A stretch of 64,000 nucleotides of DNA from Styela clava. Lineage: Eukaryota. Below are positions 39,331 through 51,400 of this stretch, piece by piece; position 1 is the first letter of the stretch, and each line of letters opens with the position of its first letter. The DNA is taken from assembly GCF_964204865.1 (NCBI RefSeq), contig NC_135250.1, positions 6,262,001 through 6,326,000 on the forward strand. The letters are read 5' to 3'. The position numbers were made by a program, and so were the translations under genes. Under the pieces are notes generated by a model. The model was not told the DNA's origin, ran no database searches, and saw only the letters and a list, made by a program, of their open reading frames with translations.

Positions 39331-42300
39331 GGGTCTCCCTAAAACCAGGCACTCGCGAATTCAGGCACCATTTCAGGCACTTTGATATTTTTTTATTTTT
39401 ACAGTACGTCATTGGGATTTCCAATTTACCTGACAAGATAATTAGACTTTAAATAATTTTTGCATCCCTATATTGCAATAAAACAATATTATTTCCGATT
39501 TATTAGGGTATAAATAATTTTTCAATAGTAAAATGTGGCAACATTGATTACAAAATATAGAAAACAGGCACTTGTGAAATTTCAGGCACTTGGTCAAAAC
39601 CTATTTTACAATGTATCTGATTACTCTAAAGCAGAAAATTGAATATAAACACTTTGTATGGTTGAATTTACAACCTTTTGGTAAAATACAATACCGTTTG
39701 TGACTGATGGAGGCGTGTCATATTTCGCAAGTGCCTGATTTTTCATTTTTCTCGGTGACAGTTGCCATATTTTTTCGCAATTATTTTCCTAAATTATTTG
39801 GGTCAGCACTTACTATTCTTTGCTTTCTAACGCCAATTCACTGTTCCACAACAATTTGAGCGTTTTTAGTATTGCAATGAGCAATACCATTTGACAACAT
39901 ATAGTCAACCATCGTACTTTCTGGATTTATTTGAAATTGAATATGAATAATAAAATCTGGCAACCTCAAGCACAAAATACTAAAAATGGGCACTTGTGAA
40001 ATTTCAGGCACTTCGTAAAAACCTATTTCTCGATGTTTTTACTTACTTTGAAGCAGAAAACTAAAATATACACTCTTTTGTATGATTGAAATGACGTCTT
40101 TTTGGTAAAAAACAAGAACGATTGGGACTGGTCATGAGGGGTCAAATTTCGCAAGTGCCTGATTTTTCATTTTTTCCGACAACCGTTGCCATATATTTTC
40201 GCAACAATTTTTCTAGATTATTTGCGTCAGCACTTACTATTCTTTGCTTTCTAACGCAAATTCATTGTTCGACAACAATTTGAGCATTTTTAATATTGCA
40301 ATGAGCAATACCATTTGACAACATATGATCAACCATCGTACTTTCTGGATTTATTTGAAAATTGAATATGAATAATAAAATCTGGCAACCTCAAGCACAA
40401 AATACTAAAACCAGGCACTTGTGAAATTTCAGGCACTTCGTAAAAACCTATTTCTCGGTGTTTTTACTTACTTTGAAGCAGAAAACTAGAATATACACTC
40501 TTTTGTATGATTGAAATGACGTCTTTTTGGTAAAAAACAAGAACGATTGGGACTGGTCATCAGGGGTCAAATTTCGCAAGTGCCTGATTTTTCATTTTTT
40601 CCGACAACCGTTGCCATATATTTTCGCAACAATTTTTCTAGATTATTTGCGTCAGCACTTACTATTCTTTGCTTTCTAACGCAAATTCATTGTTCGACAA
40701 CAATTTGAGCATTTTTAATATTGCAATGAGCAATACCATTTGACAACATATGATCAATCATCGTACTTTCTGGATTTATTTGAAAATTGAATATGAATAA
40801 TAAAATCTGGCAACCTCAAGCACAAAATACTAAAACCAGGCACTCGTGAAATTTCAGGCACTTCGTAAAAACCTATTTCTCGATGTTTATACTTACTTTG
40901 AAGCAGAAAACTAAAATATACACTCTTTTGTATGATTGAAATGACGTCTTTTTTGGTAAAAAAGAAAAACGATTGGGACTTGTGATGAGGGGTCAAATTT
41001 CGCAAGTGCCTGATTTTTCATTTTTTTCGATTACAGTTGCCATATATTTTTGCAATATATTTCATAAAATCATTTTCGTCAGAACTTAGTACTTACTATA
41101 CTTTGCTTTCTCGGTAAAATGTTTTTTAGACAATCCGATGTATATTGAGTGCTATTCTTATCGCTAATTTCAATTCGACGTCTGCCCGAAGGTGGTGCAA
41201 GTAATTATATTTGAAGTGAGTACATACCTCTTCAAAACGCCCAGATGGAATATTGAACAAGTCGGAGTCAACAAAAATTCAATCACATTTGGAACGTTGT
41301 CGCACTGCATCGTCGCCACTCATATACTCTGACATTCCGATGCATGAATTTTGCTTTCTGGAAAATAATAATTGGAGTGTCTGTTAAAGTGCGAAATGTA
41401 TACGGGAGCACGTACAATATCAATGCTTCGTTTGCAAGCGTTGGTATCATTATACATGTGAGAAAGTATCGAAAGCGAAATTGTGGAAGTGTAAAATTTG
41501 TATTCGGTAAGTCGGTGTTGCCAATGTGGGTATTTTCAGGGCGCTCCCGTAGTAGCCTATGTGCTCCAAGATACTATGTTCGGGTTGTGTGCCAACTTTG
41601 TGCACATACTACGGGAGCACCATTTTCTGCACAACCTATTCTGATGCTCATTCGCGACATGAAGAAACTATACGCCCGACATATAAAAGTAGAAAAATAT
41701 ACACAAAACCTTTTCATGTTTAATTTCAGAACTGACATTTAGAATTTTCAATTCTTAGATCTGTGGTTTTACCTAATTGCAAGATACGTAAATCATATCA
41801 TGTCAAAATTGAAAAAATAGTAAGGATTTTCATTGGATACTCAATATTTCTAATAATTTTCAAACTGAAAGCTTCGATTAGTGTTCACTCATACACTTCC
41901 CTTGTGAAGTTGTGTTTTTAATGTTTTATCTCCTTAATAAATTTAAATTCAAATTTATATCCCCAATTACTGATGAAGAAAAATCTATAATCGAGAGTTT
42001 AATACGGCTTCTGTGACATTAAAAACAATTACTGTTTTACGTTTTTATATATTTGTAACTTTTTGAATAACGCAAAAACATTTGTTGACTGACTACTGGC
42101 GTGTTGAATATTGAAGGATTTTTATTGTAATATTCGTTTAACGATGCTTTTAAGCCTAACTTTGGGCATATCAGCTACCTGATGTCATTCGCGGAGCGAA
42201 TTTTGTTTAGGTGACATTGCCATCTCGTATTTACCATCCTGTAGCCATTCTTCTTATTTAGGAACTACGTGTTTTACAGTTAGCTGTTACAGCATGAAAT

Positions 42301-44815
42301 AATGTACAAATAATTCTACGTAAACTATCCATGAAAAGATATTACAGTCAGATCTTCAGGTTGTAAAGAATATTATACAACAGCAACAGCAAGTGATTGA
42401 ATATCTTTATTGTAGCCGTGGTTGAACACCGCTGGTTGTCAATATAGATTTTGCACAGGCTTTTATACATTTTGTGAACGGTAAATTATGTTCTATTAGG
42501 GGATAATGTGACTTGGATACGTTTTATAAAAAATTCTATACGACATAAGTCAATTGTTTCTGTTATGTAGTTTATATGAAGTCATAGGCCAAATTACATT
42601 ATTAAAATCGTCGTCCGATAACAATAATTAAAACTGGAATTTTGAACTAATATTGCCAGAAGACGAATTAGGTTCTTTATAACAATGCGATTGTTGCTAC
42701 CTGGGTAATATATTACGTCGAAATGTTTATAACAAATTAGAAGAAGTTTTGAACCAATTTCAAGGGTTCCGAACATTACTATAAAGATGTAGTCTGAATA
42801 ACTAATATTCTTTACAGATCTGTCAAATTTAAACCCGTATTTAAATAATACATATGTCATACTTTTCAATTAATAAAAATAAACAACACAATGTCATTCA
42901 AACTTTACAATATTCAAATAGTTTTGCAAAAGCGTGATTGGTTTAATTAAATACCGATTTCCGGATGTAGATACTGATGTTAAAAGTTTAATTCCATTTA
43001 TGCTAAGTGAAGCTCTCATACAAACATTGACTTTTATAAAATAATGCAATAGGGAAACAACATATAAAAAAAAAGAAAAAAATTGTAGAGATATGGCAAC
43101 TACCATTGACAAAACCAAAAAATCAGGCACTTGCTAAATTTGCCACATTCCTACCAGTGACAGTTCTTCTTGTTTTGAACAATAAAAATACCAAATTCAG
43201 TCATACAAAATATGTATATTTGGATTTTCGGCTTTAAAGTAATCAAAAACATTGGGAAATGGTTTTTCACAAAGTGCCTGAAATTTCACAAGTGCCTGAT
43301 TTTAGTATTTTGTGCTTGCGGTTGCCAGATTTTATCATTCCTATTCAATTTCAAATAAATCCAAAAAGAACGATGGTTATCTATATGTTGTCAAATGATA
43401 TTGCTCATTGCATTATTAAAAACGCTGAAATTGTTGTATAACTAGGAATTTCCTTTAAAAAGCAATGATTAGTAAGTTCTGACGAAAAAGATTTTATGAA
43501 AAGTATTGCAAAAATATATGGCAACTGTAATCGGAAAAAAGGAAAATTCAGGCACTTGCGAAATTTGACCCCTCATCACAAGTCCCAATCGTTTTTCTTT
43601 TTTACCAAAAAAGACGTCATTTCAATCATACAAAAGAGTGTATATTTTAGTTTTCTGCTTCAAAGTAAATATAAACATCGAGAAATAGGTTTTTACGAAG
43701 TGCCTGAAATTTCACAAGTGCCTGGTTTTAGTATTTTGTGCTTGAGGTTGCCAGATTTTATAATTCATATTCAATTTCAAATAAATCCAGAAAGTACGAT
43801 GGTTGACCATATGTTGTCAAATGGTATTGCTCATTGCAATATTAAAAACGCTCAAATTGTTGTGGAACAATGAATTTGCGTTAGAAAGCAAAGAATAGTA
43901 AGTGCTGACGCAAATAATCTAGAAAAATTGTTGCGAAAATATATGGCAACTGTTATCGAAAAAAATGAAAAATCAGGCACTTGCGAAATTTGACCCCTCA
44001 TGACCAGTCCTAATCGTTCTTGTTTTTTACCAAAAAGACGTCATTTCAATTATACAAAAGAGTGTATATTTTAGTTTTCTGCTTCAAAGTAAGTAAAAAC
44101 ATCGAGGAATAGGTTTTTACGAAGTGCCTGAAATTTCACGAGTGCCTGGTTTTAGTATTTTGTGCTTGAGGTTGCCAGATTTTATTATTCATATTCAATT
44201 TCAAATAAATCCAGAAAGTACGATGGTTGACCATATGTTGTCAAATGGTATTGCTCATTGCAATATTAAAAACGCTCAAATTGTTGTGAAACAATGAATT
44301 TGCGTTAGAAAGCAAAGAATAGCAAGTGCTGACGCAAATAATTCAAGGAAATAATTGCGAAAAAATATGGCAATTGTCACCGAGAAAAATGAAAAATCAG
44401 GCACTTGCGAAATATGACACGTCTCCATCAGTCACAAACGGTATTGTATTTTACCAAAGTGTTGCAAATTCAACCATACAAAGTGTATATATTTAATTTT
44501 CTGTTTTAGAGTAATCAGATACATTGTAAAATAGGTTTTGACCAAGTGCCTGAAATTTCACAAGTGCCTGATTTCTATATTTTGTAATTAATGTTGCCAC
44601 ATTTTACTATTCGAAAATTATTTATACCCTAATAAATTGAAAATAATATTGTTTTATTGCAATATAGGGATGCAAAAAATTGTTTAAAGTCTAATTATCT
44701 TGTCAGGTAAATTGGAAATCCCAATGACGACGGTAAAAATAAAAAATATCAAAGTGCCTGAAATGGTGCCTGAAAAAGTGCCTGAATTCGCAAGTGCCTG
44801 GTTTTAGGGAGACCC
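39331..44815. mobile_element. Foldback/Mutator-type non-autonomous DNA transposon, 5,485 bp, with ~1.75-kb modular inverted arms
   Basis: Ends GGGTCTCCCTAAAACCAGGCACT ... AGTGCCTGGTTTTAGGGAGACCC. Perfect 9-bp TSD GATAGAGGA at 39322-39330 and 44816-44824. Arms ~39331-41100 and ~43075-44815 are made of ~424-bp tandem units rich in AGGCACT. The ~2-kb core has no transposase ORF. Confidence 0.95.
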
Positions 44816-45433
44816 GATAGAGGAACGCAAAAACACTAAATCCTGGAATTACTGAATTAAAGCTTCAATTAATGTCCGAATGTACCGGTAGTAGACTATT
44901 ATGACTTAAAACATTTAAAATAAACATAGGTCTGTAGGTGTGTGTGCAATATTAATGTGTACATTCAAGTGTATTCCAGTATTCTGGCATTCCTCATTGT
45001 AAATCTAAAAATTTAAGACACCTAAACACTTTTCTATCTATTTATCTTTTTTCACTCCATTTTTTTGATGTTAAAGCGCAATCATAGTAAAGACCGCAGA
45101 ATATGACAATCCTACAATCATTGAATTGAAGTGTTTCGTAGTTCTGTTTCTGGTTCGTGTTTCTGGCATTCATAGAGAAAACACCATTTCTACCATTTTC
45201 TCAAAGTTTCAATATACGATACATTTTGAAACTTCTCTGGTTTTAATGTTTACTGGTTAATGATCTTTCCCGTTGATTTTAAACAAATATTTGTCAAACG
45301 AAAATTCCGCCATGTCAAAATCTATATATCAAACAAGAACAACCAAAAGAAATGATAAATTATGCAACTTGAAAGTATATAAATTTCTTTTCACAGTTTA
45401 GAATAAATTACATCTGAACTTAAAAATAGCAAG

Positions 45434-48400
45434 ATGTCTTCAATAAATCCAAAAAGGATGAAAGTAGCAGAGTTGAAAAAGGAATTGGAGAGTCGTAGCA
45501 TCTCTGTCACAAAAAATATGAAAAAGGCTGATCTTGTAGCTTTGCTTCTTTCTGCAGTTGAAAGTGAGTATACGATTTGTATTGAATCATATTTTGTATT
45601 ATCATATAATATATATAAAAGTAAATCGTTATTTTCTTTTTTTGTCGAAGGCGAAACAGGACAAGAAAGAGAATTTTCATCGTCAGAAGCGCCAGACGAT
45701 TCTGCACAGAGTGAAGTTGAAGGGGGAGATTCAATATTAGAGGATGAAGTATGTTATAATATATATAGTTTTAAAGTTATTTTTTATCCACAATCAGTTA
45801 TAATAATATTTTTTATCATAATATTTTTTTGTCAGTAGTTCGACACAACATTATGGTAACATTTAACAATTCAACCTCGATCGGCCTAATTTAAAACATT
45901 GGTTATTTGCTAGGCAATCTGGATTCATTATCAGTTGCTCTTTATAATATTGAGAGAAAATGCAAATTTTTGGCTCATTTTGCAGCCTGCGGAAGAGCCA
46001 CCTCCAGAAGTGAGTGAACCGAATCAAGAGGAAGCAGGCGGAGAAGAGTTTGAATCTTTTTGTACAGCAAACGATGAAACAGAACAAGTGCAGGAACCAA
46101 CAGAGGATGTTGCTGAACCGACGCCAGTTGAACAACAGGAACCTCAAGAAGAGGAGAAAAAAGAAATTGAACAACAGATCGAAGAACCTCCTCAGCCTGA
46201 GGAAGCCGAAACGGAATCAAAACAAGAAATGGAAACTGCGGAGCCAGTTGCAGAACCTGCTGTTAGTATAAATTTTTCAAAGTTAGTCACTGTTGAATGT
46301 ATTTGTAAACCCTCTGTGTCTCTTTTCATATTTCAACTTTGTGTCCCCTTTTATATTTTGTTTCAATCCAGTGGACCTTCTGGGTAAAGCGTTAGACTTG
46401 AGTATGTTGGCATGGTAAGTTATAAATCTCTGTTGAAATCTCATGCCTGCGCTTAACCCAGGGTGTAAGAAATTAAGTAGGCAATGGCAAATTGGGCAAG
46501 TTCCAGTCATTCAAAAATATAATAGCTCTTGCCTAGCAGTGACTGCTCGTCCAGAACCTTGTTCATAGTGCTACTGCAGTCATCAATAGAAAACCAAATA
46601 TTCGAATAATGTCAATGATACGTTGGTTCAATGTATTGTTTTTTCATTATTAAAAAGATAAACAAAACACTTTTTATTCTTAAATAGGATCTTCTGCTCT
46701 ATTGTAAAAATTAGGTTCTCAGTATGAAAATTAAAAACTTTTCTTACTTGGATGACAATTATATCCAATGTTATTGAGCATGCCGGTCCTAGTCTCTGAT
46801 ATAAAATTGAATTCGGAATCTACTCGATATCATTAAAATTACCTGTTTGTAGAAAAAGGCTACATTTGTCCAGTTGACATAGTTTCTTTCATTATTAATT
46901 ATATATTCGAATTTTTTTATGACCCAATTCGAATCATCTAATTTAGGATTGAATAGTTTGGCGTGATACGCTATGCTTATAACGTCCTGTTATACTGACT
47001 GTTTTCATTTATTGTTCGTATATAGCAGACTGAAGAACAAGAAGAACAGAAACCCGCAGAAGAAGTTAGTGACGATGCTGCAGCTACAGATCAAACTGCA
47101 GACGTAAAACAAGAAGAAGGTGAACTATTGAGAATTTTGTAAAACTATTTTTCGATAAAATTTATAAAATTCATATTCATGATGCATTTATTGAATTATT
47201 AACATAGAACAAGCTCCAAAAATTGAGCAAGAAGAGTTCTCAACTCCACGAGATGTGCAAGATGTGGAAATGTCTGAAAATGTGGAAGATGCAGAAAAGA
47301 AGAGTGAGAGTGCAGAAACGAAAACTGAAGAATCTGGTGAAAGTAAGATTGAAATATAATTTAGAATTATGGGGAATTACTGGAAAAAAGCATACAATAC
47401 TGTGGATCGATGGTTTTCGAACTTTTCAAGCCGCGCTCCCTTTTTAGAATTTGTCAAGAATTAGAATTTGTTGTAAATAATAAAATAAATGAAATGTTTT
47501 AAACACAAATAAGGCCTTCAAAATCCAGTCTAACAAATATTTTTAATCAGCTTCACGCTCCCTCAAAAAAATTTTTCTGTGAAATATTTCATTGATGTGT
47601 CAATTTTTTTTACTATAACTTGAATTTTTGCTTTTTTTCAATACAGCTGGTGAAAAAACAGATGAGAAACAAGCAGAAGAAAATGGTGATGAAAAACAAG
47701 AAAGTAAAGGTAATTTGACAAATACTCAAATATTTTTTTTCTTAAGATTTGTCATTAAAACGTTAATTTTCATTATTAAGTTAACCTGTTTCAGACGCTC
47801 AATCGAGCCCAATTTTGAATACATTTTTATTAATGTCATACGACCCCCAAAATTTACCCAATATACAATAATTATATACCATTGGAAAGGTATTTTAGAG
47901 TACTATACGCTAGATGTCACTGGAGGACCGTAAACTAAAACACCTCTTTCAAGAGGTCTCTCGTAACGTCAAAAAATAACAAAAATATTTACACTCTCTC
48001 ATTCGATCAGCTGTTGGTCGTCTATCGCTATTGTAAAGCTGAAATGTGACTCTACAGTTGACTGCACATTGGTTTTCTCTTTCATATGATACTAAACGCT
48101 TTTCCATAGCGCGCGTTGTTCAAACGTTTTGGAAATTTTCCGTTTGAGAAGTCACCACATCGAATCAGGCCAGGCTAAGCTTGATAGATCGATCGGTTGT
48201 TTGTTTGTGCTTTATCGCGTTGAAAGCTTTTGTGAGTCATAATAAAACATTTATTATGAATCATAAAAGCTTATAATCGTCACACAAGGAGAATTTGCGA
48301 GATAAAACGCCTAACTTTTTTTCGGTGAGGCAGCTGCGATCAAACGACTCGATATTTTTATAACTTCCTGACGTTGTGAGATGTCCACTCTCCTATGTTA

Positions 48401-51400
48401 TGTAGCATATAAAATGACCTTCAAAATAAGACCTTATCATACTAGCTTTTGTTATTGGTTTGCGCGCAACGCCAAGGTTTATGGAATCATTTTCTTGTTG
48501 TGCGACGTTTTTATATCGCAGCGGGAAGTACACGCGTGATATGTAAGCGAAATTTTATCACTTCTAAATGTCATATAAGGTTCATTCTCATATCGTTGTG
48601 TGGGGAATAAGATTTCCTTTCAAGCAAGACCATAACAAACATTCCAGACCTCATGGTATACACACAGCATTGCAAAACGTCTGAAACGTCGCGCATGCGT
48701 CAAAACGGGAGGATTAGGTTAATAATATTTCGAAAAATTCGCTCAGATTCAAAATTTTTTGATTGTTTTGCAATGCTACATAACCGATGAATAAAGTAAA
48801 TATACTTTTTTTATTATTCTTATTCAGAATCAAAAGATGATTATCATGATCATGCCAGAAAACGTCGTCACGATGATAGATATGACAGACATAGTCGCTG
48901 GGAAGACAGGTATATTTTACTTTTCAATTTCTTTAAAATGTGCAAAAAGGTTGGCTGGAAATGCGATATTCGGTATAATATGGTATTAGCTGTTGACAAA
49001 TTTTTTATGAAATGACATTTTTATTCTGTCTGTTGATCTATATAATAATAGTTCATAGTAATTTTTGACCTATTTATTCACTTTCTCACTCTGATATATT
49101 CTCTTTTTTTGTTAGATTTGCTCCACCAGAAGAAGAACCAGAAGAGGAATTTGATGACAATCTTGTGGTGTTAGATCTCTACAACAGCGATCTGAATTTC
49201 AAAGTGAATCGAGACAGAACTGGTGGTCAACCTCTAACAATGGAAGGTTTTGCTTATCTCTGGGGTGGTGCTCGTGCCACTTATGGAGTAAAAAGCGGGA
49301 AAATCTGCTATGAATGCAAGGTATGTTACTTGATTAGAAACATTTTACTTCTGCTCTAATATATGGTGAATAAATGATAGGTAACCTCAATGATTGAAAT
49401 ATGAGAAACGCACGAATCCATAATTCCCAAGCCATTTAAAAATCGCCTCCTAACTTCGGGTCGTCAAAATGTTAGACTCTTGATTCCAGGTTGATGGAAA
49501 TTTGACTCCAGTCAGGAAAACCAAAAACATAAACATATGCAAGCTCTCCTCTTATTGTCTGTTGGGAACTAAATGCTTTTATGAGTTTCTTTTGGCGTTA
49601 TGTGGCTGGCCATAGCTTTGATTAGAGCTCAGGCTTCTTGAGTGAACTTGCTTTGAAGATAAAATATATATGAATTTTGACGGATCCAAAAAAGTAAAAT
49701 TCAAATTCAAATTATTGGCAAGAATTTACTCTAATGGACGTTTATACCACAATTATTCATATTTAAATTTAAAGCAACTCTTTAATATAGATTTTAGAGG
49801 AAGAGGCAGTGAAGCATTTGCCATCTGACGAACCCCATCCAAGAGTTGTGCGAGTTGGTTGGTCGGCTGAAAAAAGCGGAATTCAACTTGGTGAGGAACC
49901 TCTATCGTTTGGATATGGAGGAACAGGCAAATCTTCCGTCGATTGTAACTTCAATGACTTTGGAGAAACTTTTCATGAAGGAGATGTGATTGGATGTTAT
50001 GTTGTGAGTAAATTTTTTCTCTCTTTGGAAACGTGTCTCTTATAATAATGTTTAGACTGTTTCTTGGTTTTGTGATTCTCTGAGCTGAATGCTAATTGGT
50101 TCTGAGTGTCTTTTGTACTTCTTAATGAATACTTTCTGAAACTTTGAATTCTTTGTGCTTTACTGAGTGTGAGTGCTTTTGTACATCTTTATAAGTTAAT
50201 TTTAAACCAGAGTTTTTTGTGCTCTTTAGAGTGAGTAGTTTTTGTGCTGAGTGAGTTCTTTCTGAGTAACTTTTGTTTGGGATTTTAATAAGTGAGCGCT
50301 TTGTACTCTCTAACTGAGTTTGTGCAACTGAATAGGTGCTTTAGTACTTCAGAGTGATTACATTTTGTGCAGAGCGAGAAGTTTTTATAATTAAGTTTTG
50401 TTTAGGACTTTAATTGAGTGCTCTCGGCCTACATTATAACTACTATTTGAGTAGTGTTTTGACAAATATCTTTCAATATTTTTATCAGAACTTTGAGCAA
50501 GAAGACAAAGTTGAAATCTCTTATACCAAGAATGGGAATTATCTCGGTGTTGCATTCACTGAAGAAAAAGCAAAATTAGAAGACCCTTTGTTTCCCCATG
50601 TTTTGTGCAAAAACACCAGCGTGGAAATGAACTTCGGTCAAAAGGTGAGGATTTCATTTTGATGGAAGGCCTGTTCAGGCTGTAGTGTCAGAGTCTGTTT
50701 TTGGCCGGTTTTATTGGTATTGATAATAATTGGTTGATATCCGAGCTCAGGTCAAATTTTTGGCTACGGTATAGAGGTTAGAAGACAAAATTTTTGATAG
50801 AAACTGTTAAAATTAAGTTGACTATGCATTTTTGACAGGTAATTAAAAAAATGACTGCACAACACACACCTTCATAAGTTTGAGTTCAAAATTTTCCGTA
50901 CCTGTAGTTTGGAGCTGGAATCGTTTTTAAAATCCACTCATAGTCTTTTGTCAGATTTTTGTTTCATTAAGTTTTTTCGATTCCTCAACCTTGTATAGCT
51001 TAACCTTATAGTTGAGCAATAGAAAAGTTATTCTCGATAAGTTCTATTTCTGACTTATCACAAAATTTAAATTTTAGGAGGCACCGTTCTTCAGTCATCC
51101 GGAAGAACTCACAGACTATACTATGATTGGTAGTTTACCATTAGAAGACAGAGTTCGTGCACAAAAAGCACCAGAAGCCAAAAAGGATTGTGAGGTAACA
51201 TAAACCAAGTATTCTTGAATAGCCGAAAACTTTAGAATTCATTCGTTTATAAATATTTTAAGATACTACAAATGTTCGTTAATTTTAAAAAATTTTACAT
51301 GATTTATGATTTTCTTGAATGTATCGAATTATGTTTTTTTTGGTACTCGTGAGTATGTGTACCAGGTTAGGGTTAGGCCATAGTTTTATTCAGATTTTCC

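Noticed and set aside
40754-43873. ORFs 40754-41005 (-), 43259-43441 (+) and 43496-43873 (+) with near-identical peptides as a duplicated gene or transposase
   Set aside because: They are mirror translations of the non-coding TIR modules, show no DDE or DNA-binding motifs, and their frames break in other units.
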